A stretch of 64,000 nt of DNA from Adineta vaga. Its lineage: Eukaryota > Animalia > Rotifera. Positions 12,343-24,309 of the stretch are shown one piece after another. Positions within the stretch are counted from its first letter, which is position 1; each line of letters opens with the position of its first letter. The DNA is taken from positions 13,826,001 through 13,890,000 of the forward strand of contig CP075494.1 of NCBI GenBank assembly GCA_021613535.1. The letters run 5' to 3'. A model generated the notes under the pieces. The model made no database searches and was not told where the DNA came from. It saw nothing but the letters and a program-made list of their open reading frames with translations. The translations under genes were made by a program, and so were the position numbers.

Positions 12343-13699
12343 CTAAAAACATTCTGAATTGACCCATTCGTTTTCTTTGATAAATTTTTCGACTATTTCT
12401 TTGAGTACAAGATTATTGATCAATTGTTCAACAACTAATGGTTTATTAGCGATTGGATCCAAATGGCTAACTTTATAAAGATTTTCTTCAATACATGATC
12501 GACAATAAGTAATACCAACTTAAAAATAAATTAAAAGAAAATAGAAACAATCAAATTTCATCTCGTTTTCTTTCGTCATTCACTTACATGGTGTAATAAC
12601 TGGATCTCTCATGAGATCATAACATAGTTTACATGTTAAATATTCTGGTATTTCACGACGTTTTCTTCGAATATCAACTTCATTGAATAAATTATTTAGT
12701 TCATTCATGGACTGATCAGTTGACTGTTCAATATCTCGTAAAGCTTGTTCCAGTTGAAGATCCATCGTAATATTAGTTTCAGTACCATTTGATGATGTTA
12801 ATTTTGGACTCACTGGAACGATTGAACCAAGATTTGTTGTTGTTGTTTGTTGATTGTGATTAGTTGTCATTTTTGACAAATAATGTTTTAAAATAGCTGA
12901 ACTATTTATTGAATCTTTGTCTTCAGAATGTTTTTCAATGCGTAATTGCATACGTCGTTCTTTATCAGATTGTATTAATGAACGAAGATAGGTTTGTAAA
13001 CTTATTTCATTTTCAATACGTTTTTGTTCCATCAATGAAAAACGGCGTTTTTGAGCATAACGTAATAATCGCTGGATTTCATCACCGAAATTTTTATTTT
13101 GCATCTAATTTTATAGTAAAGAAGAAGAAGAAGAAAAAGAAAAGAAAGAAGATTTATATTAAGAACGACAGGAATAACAAACTTTGCATAAATCTAATGC
13201 TTGTTTAAAACATGTGATTGCTTCATCATATCGTTGTTGTTCAATATAGCATTGACCTACATATGCATGAGCTTTGATATAGTTTGGATCAAGATCAAGA
13301 CAATGTCGAGCATCTTGATAAACTTTGTCCCATTGTTTTAATTTGATGTAGCATAAAGCTCGATTGACATAATAAATGGCTTTTTCACCATTTTGTTTTA
13401 ATGCTTGATTGTAACAATGAATGGCATCATTGTACTTTTTTTGTAAGAAATGTTTGTTACCTATTCAGAATAAAATATATACAGTTTATCTCTCATGTAT
13501 TTTTAATAATGATCATGTCATATGTAAGGTTTCAAACTTCTCAATGAAGCATTTCAATGGATAATCTCTACTTTGTTAGACATCTTAGAAGTTTGGCGTA
13601 GTAGAAGATACATCATTAAGAGATATGATCAAGCTTTCATCAAATTAGTATAGTTTACTGACCTTTTTCTTTAATTGCTTCGCCTTTTTCTGCAGTCAT
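12343..13699 (-). CDS. STUB1: TPR + U-box E3 ligase/co-chaperone CHIP-like
   Basis: Spliced: MTAEKGEAIKEKG|NKHF...YYVNRALCYIKL...IKAH (3 TPR), NFGDEI helical linker, REIPEYLTCKLCYDLMRDPVITP|FGITYCRSCIEENLYKVSHLDPIANKPL U-box. Confidence 0.88.
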
Positions 13700-13843
13700 C
13701 GGTGTAACATTAGATTATAAAATGAAAAAGAAAAATCTACAAAGAAAAATATCTGTTACAAATGATCTGATAAAATATTATCTATATCAATTGAGATTTA
13801 TCGTGTAGTAAAAAAAGAGGACTTTTTCTGTCTAAATATTCAA

Positions 13844-14567
13844 TTAAATAATGTTGATTGAGGAATATTCAGTTGATGTTGGCAGTTGTCTTTCAAGTTG
13901 ATCTAATTCATTCCGATGGCAACTTAATTTTAATATCACAAGTCGTCGATAAAAATGTACCGCAAATATACAATATAATATCAAAATAGGTAGAATTATA
14001 ATCGTTGAAGCAATTGCTGCTCGTCGTGCTACAAACAGAAATTTCACCCAACATACAAGAACCATTTGTAATAAGAACAAAATCATTCCTTAATTAAATG
14101 AAAAAAATTCCGTTTTTTACTATTCAAAACGAGAAAAATACGTCTTCTTTTACCAAATCCAGTACTTAATATCCAAGCAAATTCTATATAAACATAGAGT
14201 ATATCTTGCTCTTTACATTGAAATAAATTGTGAATTTCTAATAATGGTAATAGACACGAACTCATCATCAAAGCGAAAAGATGTACACCTACAACAAGAC
14301 ATGTTAAACTTATATAAATAATTATCAAGGGTATCGATGCAACTGCTTCTTTGTGATCTTCTAATGAAATTTCTACCATTGCAATCTATAGAAAGAAAAA
14401 TACAGTACAGCTCTTTTTCCAGGTAGAAGTACCTACAGTATATCACTAACCATAGCAAAACCGGACAGTAGAGCACTTGTACGTGATATTGCTTTTAATT
14501 TGGTTTTATTGAATAACAAACGCCGTTCATCGAACAGATATGTTCTGTGAAATTGTTCATCATTCAT
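13844..14567 (-). CDS. ORAI: Orai (CRAC) calcium channel subunit
   Basis: KLKAISRTSALLSGFAM|IAMVE (TM1, pore Glu), VHLFALMMSSCLLP (TM2), YIEFAWILSTGFG (TM3), LVCWVKF, FAVHFYRRLV. Confidence 0.93.
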
Positions 14568-15029
14568 TTCGTTTTTGATTAATAAATATGATGATGATAA
14601 TGATGATGACGATTAAATGCGATGCATTATTAATTCAATGAAAGGAAAGGAAAACAAAACAGAACACAACAAGTCCAAGGAGCGTCTACATATATCTTGA
14701 CATTTTTTTGATATAACATGGAAATTATACATAGATGGTGCTCTATTACGATTCATTATTTGTAAACTATTTTTCAATTGAAACGCATCTCTGTAGAGTT
14801 ATCTATGACATTAAATAATCCGTATACAATAGGAAAAGTAGGAAACTAAAATTACGAAACCAGTCAGTAGCTTTATTAGACATTACAATAGTATCAGACT
14901 TAAAAAATGAATTCAACTAACCACGCCATTTTGTCAATAAAGTATTATCCTTCGCCTTCGAAACATACTTTTACAAACTATGTGACCTGTACTTTTTATC
15001 GCATCTGAAATATATAGCCAAATCCTGTT

Positions 15030-15840
15030 TATAAGCATAGTATAAACATAATAAGGATTGAACGTAGTTCTTCTGCTATAAATTGTAATATATAATTTCT
15101 TGGTTCTAACGTAAAACTTTTTATGTCTACAACAAAACTCAACAAAAAAAAATCGTGATGGTTTAAAAATGTTACGCAAAAGTTATATGAAGTCCTGGTT
15201 TACCGTCTGCATGTATGGTTGACGAAAAGTTCACAAAAACTATTACTCATTCCATACACTCTTATAAAATGACGAATCATACAAATACAGATACCAAGCC
15301 GAATCAATAAAAGAAAATGAAGTAAAGCTTAAATTCTTAGATAGATGCACAAATCCCATTTGATGACTTTGTTCAACATGTGCGCACTAAATAAATAATA
15401 GTAAACAACAAATCATGGCTGATTTTAACATTAAAAGCCTGTATACCAATGTTCCAGTTAATTTGTTGATACCATCCAATTGATATTAAATTGATTAAAA
15501 AAAAAGGAAACGTTTCTCTGAATCATATTAGTTATAAGGAGAGTTCAAAGAATTGCGGGTATCATACGTATATGCAACATACTGACCATGTGATGGAATA
15601 GTCATGGATCATCCTTTGGCACCCATGCTTGCGAATATTTTTATGTCACGTCTTAATACCAATTCAAACAAGTATTTAATCAAAGAGAATTTTTATTTCG
15701 AAGCATACAAAACGGATGTCAGATCTGCGCTGATATCGTGAATATGAAAGGATATGTGATCTTTTATTCGATTTTAACACTTGCATGTACATTGTGCTAG
15801 CGAAAATCGGACTTTTATGGACATCACCTTCGATTGATTA
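15030..15840 (+). mobile_element. heavily decayed Penelope-like retroelement reverse transcriptase relic
   Basis: Ordered motifs in broken frames: MYG*RKVHK (15211; cf. LYGLPKVHK), IMADFNIKSLYTNVPV (~15412-15459; cf. SFDVKSLFTNVP), DGIVMDHPLAPMLANIFMSRL (15592; cf. DGxAMGSPLAPxLANIFM), TFMDI (~15811; cf. PFLD); edges approximate. Confidence 0.8.
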
Positions 15841-16183
15841 TTGAAATAAATAAATAAAACTTAATGAAAAGAAGAAATTCAAACAGTTTTTCATAATTCT
15901 GATTTTTGATATAACTTTGTAACAGTCATTCTGAGAATTTACACCTAAATACAATTTTCTCTCAGTAAACAATATTCTACAAGACATGTCTCGTTTTATT
16001 ATCATCTCTATGGGAACATATTGTGGGCAGATTCATGGATCACTTATAGGTATTATATATTCTCTTTATATAACGTCATTTTTATTCATTTTAACCAAAT
16101 ATAGAAAATAAACACAAACAAATATCTGCTGATTATTTCTCTATTATATCACGAAAACAAAAATAAAGAAATTCACTTTTTTT

Positions 16184-17744
16184 CTAATCCAATAAATATG
16201 GATTAATATAGACATGTCGAAGTCGTGAATATAGACCAATATGATGAACTAAATTGGGTTCTACTAAATATGTTTGTAGTTGTGTTCGTTTGGGTAAATC
16301 ATCAAACGCTGTATCAATTGCATATCCATTTCGACATTTAACACTATTTAAATAATCAATAACTTGTTTATAGGTTTGTCGAAAATAGAGTACACCTGGT
16401 AAACAACACGATGGTGCTGGATAAATTGCATAAAATGACGGATGTAATGAACGCCATGTCCAAGATACATTGGAATGATTTATTAAAACGAGTACAACTG
16501 TTATTAGAAGAAAGTAACAAATGGAATGTAGTCGATGTTTATTGACTAAATATAGATATTGAATGAAATATGTACTTCAAACTATTGATAAATGAGTATT
16601 TACCGAAAGAATTCCAACATGAATAAGTATTACTATTTTTACTCTTGTTCTAAAATTAAAACTTTTGTATTAAATAATCATCAAATGGTAGAACAATGTG
16701 ACATACTTGTTTGACAATTTTGAATATATAAACGCTCATGAAAGACGTAAACGTAAGAAAAAGACTTGTAGCAATTAATTGTACAATAATATACAATGAA
16801 GGATGTAAATAATCGATTAACCATCGAGGATGATAGATTTTCAAAAAGGCTGGCTGCTGTCGATGACCATGTTCTGGCCATTGATGTTTAACACGTGAAT
16901 CAATGAGTGATAAAATACGTGAATAAAAATCTTCATGAGCTGGTTCAGCATCATCTTGTAATAGTAGCAAATAATTCACATGTGAAAATGATTGGAAATT
17001 CGCCAAAATACATTGTAAATGTGCTTGTTTTTCCCGTTCATACATATCAAATGTTCCATCGGATGAAACCGTATTAACAATAAAGACAGGTACTAAACGT
17101 CGAATTAAATCAATTTCATTCGAAATTTTCTCATTTGTGTTGTTATTTTCACATAATGTAATGATAAAACGTGAATGATGATTCTTTAACAATTGATACA
17201 ATACTTGACCAACATAGAATTTTCCTTCACGATGATCTGTATCTTGTTGACTATATAGGATCGATATAATGATCTGATCATTGATTTGTGTCGTGTTATT
17301 CACTGGTTTGTACATTGGTTTATGAAATAATTTATATAATGATGAACTAGAATTATGCGGTGTCATTTGTAAAAAATCATAAAAACGTGATTTTTCAGTT
17401 TGATTAGATAGAATATTCGAGTAATTTTTTGAATTCTTCCAAACATTATCAAGCCATTCATAAGCATGCTGTTGCTCTTGTTTTTGTTTTTTTACTAAAA
17501 CATCTCGAACAGAGTTAGTCGCAGAATTTTCTGGTACAATATGTCTCAAATTAAATAGAAGACCAAATGGTTGATGATAAGATATATAACTAGCGATAAA
17601 TAAAACAATTAGATGTATATAAAGATGTATACGTTGATGCCAACGAAATAGAATAAATGAAAGACATGAGGTAATGGAATTAATGATATTTCGACGATAT
17701 TTTAAACGTGATAAGAACATGTTAAATAGAATCAAACATTTCAT
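16184..17744 (-). CDS. PGAP4: GPI-GalNAc transferase PGAP4/TMEM246-like
   Basis: YEREKQAHLQC, LLLLQDDA, FLKIYHP; second exon PAPSCCLPGVLY...YLVEPNLVHHIGLYSRLR matches the PGAP4 C-terminus. Confidence 0.85.
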
Positions 17745-18252
17745 TCATTGCAGATTTAATGGGAAAAGTTTTCTTCACTAAAAACTATGACGTAGAAATT
17801 TTCATGTCTATAAAATATTTGAAAAAGAAATATTTTTTATATTAGTATTTGCTTTTCTTTCATCCCATCGAGATATATATATATTCTTTTTTCTTTTCTC
17901 TCAGTTATACTATTTACCATTCTTGTATACTCTTAGTCCTCCCATCGACGATAGACGACAGTAGTAGTGGAAGAATAAAAAGAAAAGGAAGAAAGGAAGA
18001 ATTTATGTCCTGTATGCAGTTGAAGTCAATAAATTTATATGGCAGTAACACACAAGGAATGAAATTACATTGTAGTATAGATATCATATCTCTGACTAAT
18101 CGAATTCATAATAGTTTTCGAATATTAAGATGAATCAGAAAATATGTCTAACGATAAGTATTCGTTGCTGATTTTATTTTTTATATTAATAAATTGTATA
18201 ATAAAACATGCAAAGACACAAAGAAGTGAACACTTGAAAACAAACTCATCTT

Positions 18253-19135
18253 CTATTTCACAATTTGTTTATTCTCTTCTGGTAAATATACATAAATGAT
18301 CGGATGATTGCACAGATTCGATAATGGAGATGAAAATTCTGTTAAATCAATTGAATTGAATTCATCTTTTCGTTGAACAAATGAATCCATTTGAATTTGT
18401 TCTTCATCTGATAAACGATTCGAATGGGAATGTAATGCTACGGATTGATCATAATAAATATGCCAACAATTTAATGAAAAATTTTTATGAAACATTATTT
18501 TACTATTTGTTTCATTCAAATGACAGATTATTGCCATTAGTTTATATTCAAAACTGGTTTGATTCACGTCTTTATCACATAAATTTTCGATCGAAAGTAT
18601 AGAATTAGGTAAAAATACTGCTTGTGTTTTTGAATGTGTTCGAATTAATAAACATTCCGGAAGTGAGAGAAGTGATGTACTTGTATTTGTTCGTTGATAT
18701 TGATTTATTGCCATTTGTATAGTGACAGTGTCAGTACTATCAGAATAGAATGTTAAATATGTCTTTGTATGATGATCAGCAAATGTTAACCATCGATATT
18801 TAGACCATTCATTCATGATTTCATTATAAATAATAGATAATTCTGGATGAGAGAGTGCTTTTTTGACTGATGGATGAGAATTAGTATCAGAATTGTATGA
18901 TGAATTTGCTTGGGCGAAATGTCTTGGCATTGGCATGATATCATCTATTCAATCAATAGATTAAGATTTGGTAGTCTATTATATTTGAAAGATTTTGAAT
19001 CATACCTGAAGGATAAACACGCGTAGTACTCTTCTGTTGTTGTTCATCATCTTCAAAATGTTCAAAACCAATATAGAGTTTCATGGCATCAGAACAGATC
19101 TTTTCAAATCCAATAGGTGCAAGTTGTGATTCCAT
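18253..19135 (-). CDS. two-exon protein resembling the C-terminal half of a USP (C19) domain, catalytic motifs absent
   Basis: Exons 19135-19006 and 18944-18253 join in frame; LPECLLI, YKLMAIICH, WHIYYDQSV, PIIYVY follow USP box order. Confidence 0.5.
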
Positions 19136-19305
19136 ATTTTAACTTTTTTGAATTTTTTATCTAAAATATTCAAATAAAATCTAAAGTAGATTTCCATGCA
19201 AATATTTGAATTGCAAATCAACAGAAGATAATGCTATATGTTCACATAATTACAAAATCGGTTTTCTAAAAAAAACACACACAGGCACAAACATCCGGAA
19301 GAATA

Positions 19306-20370
19306 TCATTTCTCTTCGATTATTTGTATAACAGGAACACATTCTTGATATGCACTTAATCGTCTACCAACTCGTTGTTGATGTACTTGGGTTTGATTTG
19401 GTATTGGTATTGGTCCTTTTGAAAACCATTTCATGCTATTAAATTTCATTTCATCATAGAATAAAAATGCAATACAATCAATCCACGGTAATGTTGTAAG
19501 ATAGAGAAAAAACAATCTCTGATGAGTAGTTAATGAAATTCTCATCAATTTTATGGTTATAATTGGTAGAATAAGAATGATATTACTAATGAGAAATAAG
19601 ATGATATTGAATAAACGTTTGAGACTATGATTAACCATTGCTGAACGTTCATGTTCTTTAAAATGTGTGAAAATTAATGAAGAAAAAAAGACGGTTGCTA
19701 AACGTTTTCGTTTAAGATTAGATATATCTCTGTAGGACATAAAAATCCATGAGAATGTAATTAAATCCATCAATAAAAAGAGAATATACGTAATTATTGT
19801 TGGAATTAAGGATTTATCCCGATTAAGATAATCTTTTCCCGATGTTATCTGACAGATTTCGATAAGAAATGGATTATTTCCATTAATGGTTATATGTATA
19901 GAAAGAAAAAGTAGAGCCATAAAATAATTCAAAAAAATTCCAAATATCAAACAACAAGAAGAATAAATTGAACTTTTATGATTAATTGTAGAATCCCAGA
20001 AATGTGCTGTTTCACCCACAATAATCAATAATAAATCAAATGTTGATAATAATGATACAAAATGAAGAAATATTTCAATTGATAAACAATAATGAAAGAT
20101 AAATATAGAAAGACAAGCGAGTACAATGATGATTGAACGTATAATACAAATAATAAGATGATGAAATAGATATAAATTCAAAATTGAATGATAATTTGAT
20201 AGTTTTTTTGAATGCCAATTCTTAATCACATTCCAAATTCCAACAAACAATTGAATAAACAAAATGATTGTTAAAAAAAGACTCAATCCTAATAAAAAGG
20301 ATACATTTAGAACTGAAATGAGAAGTATTGCTGCCATTGATGATGATGAAATCTTTGTTTCTTTGATCAC
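19306..20370 (-). CDS. intronless divergent 7TM receptor (class A GPCR-like); first ATG near 20337
   Basis: Seven hydrophobic segments, GIWN in TM1, Cys before TM3 and in ECL2, ILP in TM6, LPWID/FLFY in TM7; no DRY motif. Confidence 0.7.
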   Translation of the reverse strand: MIKETKISSSSMAAILLISVLNVSFLLGLSLFLTIILFIQLFVGIWNVIKNWHSKKLSNYHSILNLYLFHHLIICIIRSIIIVLACLSIFIFHYCLSIEIFLHFVSLLSTFDLLLIIVGETAHFWDSTINHKSSIYSSCCLIFGIFLNYFMALLFLSIHITINGNNPFLIEICQITSGKDYLNRDKSLIPTIITYILFLLMDLITFSWIFMSYRDISNLKRKRLATVFFSSLIFTHFKEHERSAMVNHSLKRLFNIILFLISNIILILPIITIKLMRISLTTHQRLFFLYLTTLPWIDCIAFLFYDEMKFNSMKWFSKGPIPIPNQTQVHQQRVGRRLSAYQECVPVIQIIEEK

Positions 20371-21453
20371 TCGTTAACTGTTATGATCGCAAATAAGCTA
20401 ATGGTTAAGCAAATATATGAATGACATCCTCCTCTTCGTCCTCCTTTTCTATCTTTTCTTTTGTTGATAAGGCTCATTAAATAACTGGTATCGTACGCGA
20501 ACTGATTTATTCTTAATGATCATATTATATGTTAATTGCAAACAGATGAGATGAGAAGCAAAAACAAAATGAAGTGTATCTCTTTTTTTCTTCTTTAGTG
20601 TAATTTTAGCTAAGAAAAACAATAACAGATTGTATTTATCGAAGAATAGCTTATGGATCAATTTGTTTAACATTGAAGAAAAGTTTTTTTCACAGGAAGA
20701 AAGAACTTCAAAGGAAAGAAATAAAGAATCCATTAAAATCTTACTTTAATTTTTCTATTTGCATACATATTACACATTATGATGGAGAGTTCGATTGCTT
20801 CATTTGATGATAGCTGTCAACGAGAACATAAAAAATACAAAACGGAACTCCAAAAGGTAAATAGAAGGAAGACACTGACGAACTTTTTTTTCAAGGAAGA
20901 AAAGGAAAGAAACTAGTGTAGCGTCATTGTTGACTGAAGGAGAAAAACAACGATATTTTCATCATCAAACTCATTACAAAATTAATTTTTCTGACAAGAA
21001 ATGAGTCACAGTAAAATCTTCTTTCTTTTTTTATCAATAATTTAATTGAGTTAATCATGAAGAAAATTTGATTATGGCATCGACCAATCACGAAAGAGAA
21101 CTAATGTCTCTATGGATTGGTTAGATGTAATAATCAATTAGGATTTATTTATCAGAATTGTTGTTTTTTCTAACTTCTTCAGAATAAAAATACAACCTTG
21201 GATTGGATTTATTTAATTATTCGAACGCGTCTTCACTTGATTTTCATCTGTCGTGAACCATATCACTTACAGCACATACATTGCTGTTTGTTTAAAAAAA
21301 GGAAACAGCTCCATCCATCGACATACTTATTCAAAATGTAATAAGACATGTTTGTCGATCAAGACATTCCAACTGATAAAGATCTTAATTAAGGTAAAGG
21401 CGTTTTTTTTATTGAAGTGTTCTATGAAAATTATAGAATAATAATTATTTCGA

Positions 21454-24145
21454 TCAGTATTTTTTACGTCCCCAATCTTTGAGCATGACTGACGCAGCAT
21501 TGAAACCTGGCATACCAGTAACACCACCTAAACGAATTCTTTTGTTTTAATTATGATTATTTTCGCGTTTATTTTTACCTCCAGGATGGGTGGAACTACC
21601 ACAGAGATAAAGACCTTGAATAGGAGTTCGATGATTGGAACACGATATTGCTGGTCGAAAGGAATAGAGTTGATCTAGTGGAAGTGCACCATGAAAAATA
21701 TTTCCACCTTAAATGTGAATGTTAGTTAATTGAAGAGATGTTCTAGAAAGAAGTAAGTTACCTGTTAAGGAAAATTGTTCTTCTAAATCGGATGGAAACA
21801 GCATATCACGTCCTACAATTAATTTTTCAAAACCAGGTGCGTATTCTTCAATAGATTTGATTACGCTTCGATAGTAGTTTTCTTTATATTCATTTGTTAT
21901 TTCAATTTGTTTACCATTGGGTAAACGATAAGGTGTATACTGAGTAAATAATAAAGCTACATGACAATTTTTTGGTGCTATAGTTGGATCAAGCGAGGAA
22001 GGAATAACCTAAAAGAAAGAACTAATCAATCAATCAAAAGAATCGAATTAGAAGATTTTCGTTTAAAACCATTTCAATTAGTGGCTTTTCGCTAGGTTTG
22101 CCGTTTGATGCTTGTTGAAAAGCAGTATGAAGATCGGCTATTGATTCACTATTCATATGTATTGTACATTGATGATGCGGTTGAAGTTCATTCGGATTTT
22201 TATTAGGATCTGCTAAGAAATTTCTAAAAATTTTAGATCACAAAATCATTGTTTTCCATTTGTGTTCAATTACTTACGGTAATCCTGAGAGTGCAAGATT
22301 TATTTTTGTTGTACCACTGGTATAATCCATTTGTAAGATATGTTTTTTTAATTGAACTAATTCTTCATTGGAATTGATAACATCATCCGAAAGTAAATTT
22401 TGAAATGTGATATAAGCTGTTGCATTTGAAGCAACGATTTTTCCTTTGATTTCTTCACCATTATCGAGAACAATTCCTTCGACTTTAGAATTACGTACAT
22501 CGATATGATCAACATTACAATTCGTACGGATTTCTACACCAGCTGCACGAGCTGATGATGCAATTGCATCACTGATACCACCCATTCCGCCTTGGACATA
22601 ATACCATGCATCTAGAAATAAGTTTCAAGATTTCATTTTAAAGGATTAGTGATAACAATGAATCATTTCCCTTAAGTTAATTAATTGTATAGTATCAATA
22701 AAACTTTGTGTAAGATATAGTGAACTTTTCTATCGAAATTTCCCTTGAGAAATAAAATGTTTCTACAACTCAGGTTAGTGCATATAAATATATATTGTCA
22801 GATGGTATGACCTTTAAAAACGAACTTGATCGTTGTGAGGAATGTGCTTTTTTTCGTCTTCATTGTAATCGAATCCTTTCAGTAATTTAATATCTTCGAG
22901 AGAAAAAAAAGTTTTCTTTTACGTGATCGTATAATTTTTTATCAGTACGATAGTTTTTTGATAGATCGATCATGAGCTTCGCGGAACTGAAGATTTTTTG
23001 TATTTGATCGTGATTGAAAAGTGATCTTTGTTAGAAGTTAGTTTTATCTAAATTGTATTCTCTTGAATAGAATTAGAAATACATTAGATTGCACGATTTA
23101 TATTGTAATCGAAAAGTAGATTGATAGAAAAGAATTATTCTATATCACTTTAAGCACTGACGAAATATTTACAAATAGACTCATCTGTAAAAAGAGAAAT
23201 TGAATAAGTAATAACTAGTTTCTATTGATAATTTAATAACAGAAAAACGGTCGGTCTTCTTGTTAGAAATAGACATTCTTTTTATCGTTCTATGATCTTT
23301 CTCGCGAACTAAGAATTTATCTGTTTATATTACGGATCAATCCACTTATCTTTAACTTCTAATGTGATACTATGACGAATATCATTAGTTTACTTACTAG
23401 CTCGTCCGTCTAAACCACCCATTACATGATGAAGTAAAATATAACCAGTTCCTCGATCATGTGGTCCGAGCATCGCACCAATTAAACCATCTGTTGCTAA
23501 AGTTGCTTTGATGACATCTGATTCAAACCATTGATCCAATATTCGACTTGCTGATGAAGTTAATAATTGATAAAGATCAGTGGAACCACGAAAACCTAAT
23601 TTTTGAAATAAATTATAGAAAAGTTTCATAGAATAATTGTAAGCACGAAGACGATCGGATAGTTTATTATTTTTGCTCATTTGCGCTAGATCAGGTGGAG
23701 GTGAATGAATAAGTTCATCAATCGCTCGGCAGATTTTCATTAACCATTCTTCATATTTATGAAAATTTTCTGCATCTTTTTTCGAAAATTTCGCTATTTG
23801 TTGCGCATTAAATTGATTATCAGTTGACGATAATAATAAGGAACGTTGTTCATGATTGATCGGATGTTTAATTGGAGTATATGAAGATGGATCACGAAAA
23901 TAATATTTCAACCCATGTTCACGTAAATTTAAATCATCGATTATTTTCGGACGAAATAAACTTAATAAATATGATGCACGAGAAAATTTGAAATCTTTAA
24001 TAATCTCTTCAGTACATGCAGCACCACCAATAACCGACCGTTTTTCACAAACTAGAACACGTAAACCTTGACGTGCTAAATATGCTGAAGTAACAAGCCC
24101 ATTATGTCCAGCACCAACAATAATTGCATCGTATGCTTTTTTCAT
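21454..24145 (-). CDS. PYROXD2: pyridine nucleotide-disulfide oxidoreductase domain 2 (phytoene-dehydrogenase-like)
   Basis: [76 protein letters not shown]|GGVTGMPG. Confidence 0.93.
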
Positions 24146-24309
24146 TTTCGTTCTTCTTGACTTGTGTGTGTGTGTGCGTGTTTGCGTGTTTGTGCTTCTG
24201 TTTTGTTCTATATCTTCTTATCGTTATGTTTATTCTAGATAAATTATCAGAAAAAAAAATTTGTCATGGTTCTTACGAATGTTTATTAATTTGCATAGAA
24301 GATCAAAAG
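24146..24309. promoter_or_regulatory. probable bidirectional promoter between PYROXD2 and the POMGNT1-like gene (contains a (GT)n tract)
   Basis: Divergent start codons only ~165 bp apart. Confidence 0.5.

Noticed and set aside
8344-16030. TGTGGG telomere-like hexamers at ~8345, ~9490 and ~16022
   Set aside because: Isolated single copies, no array
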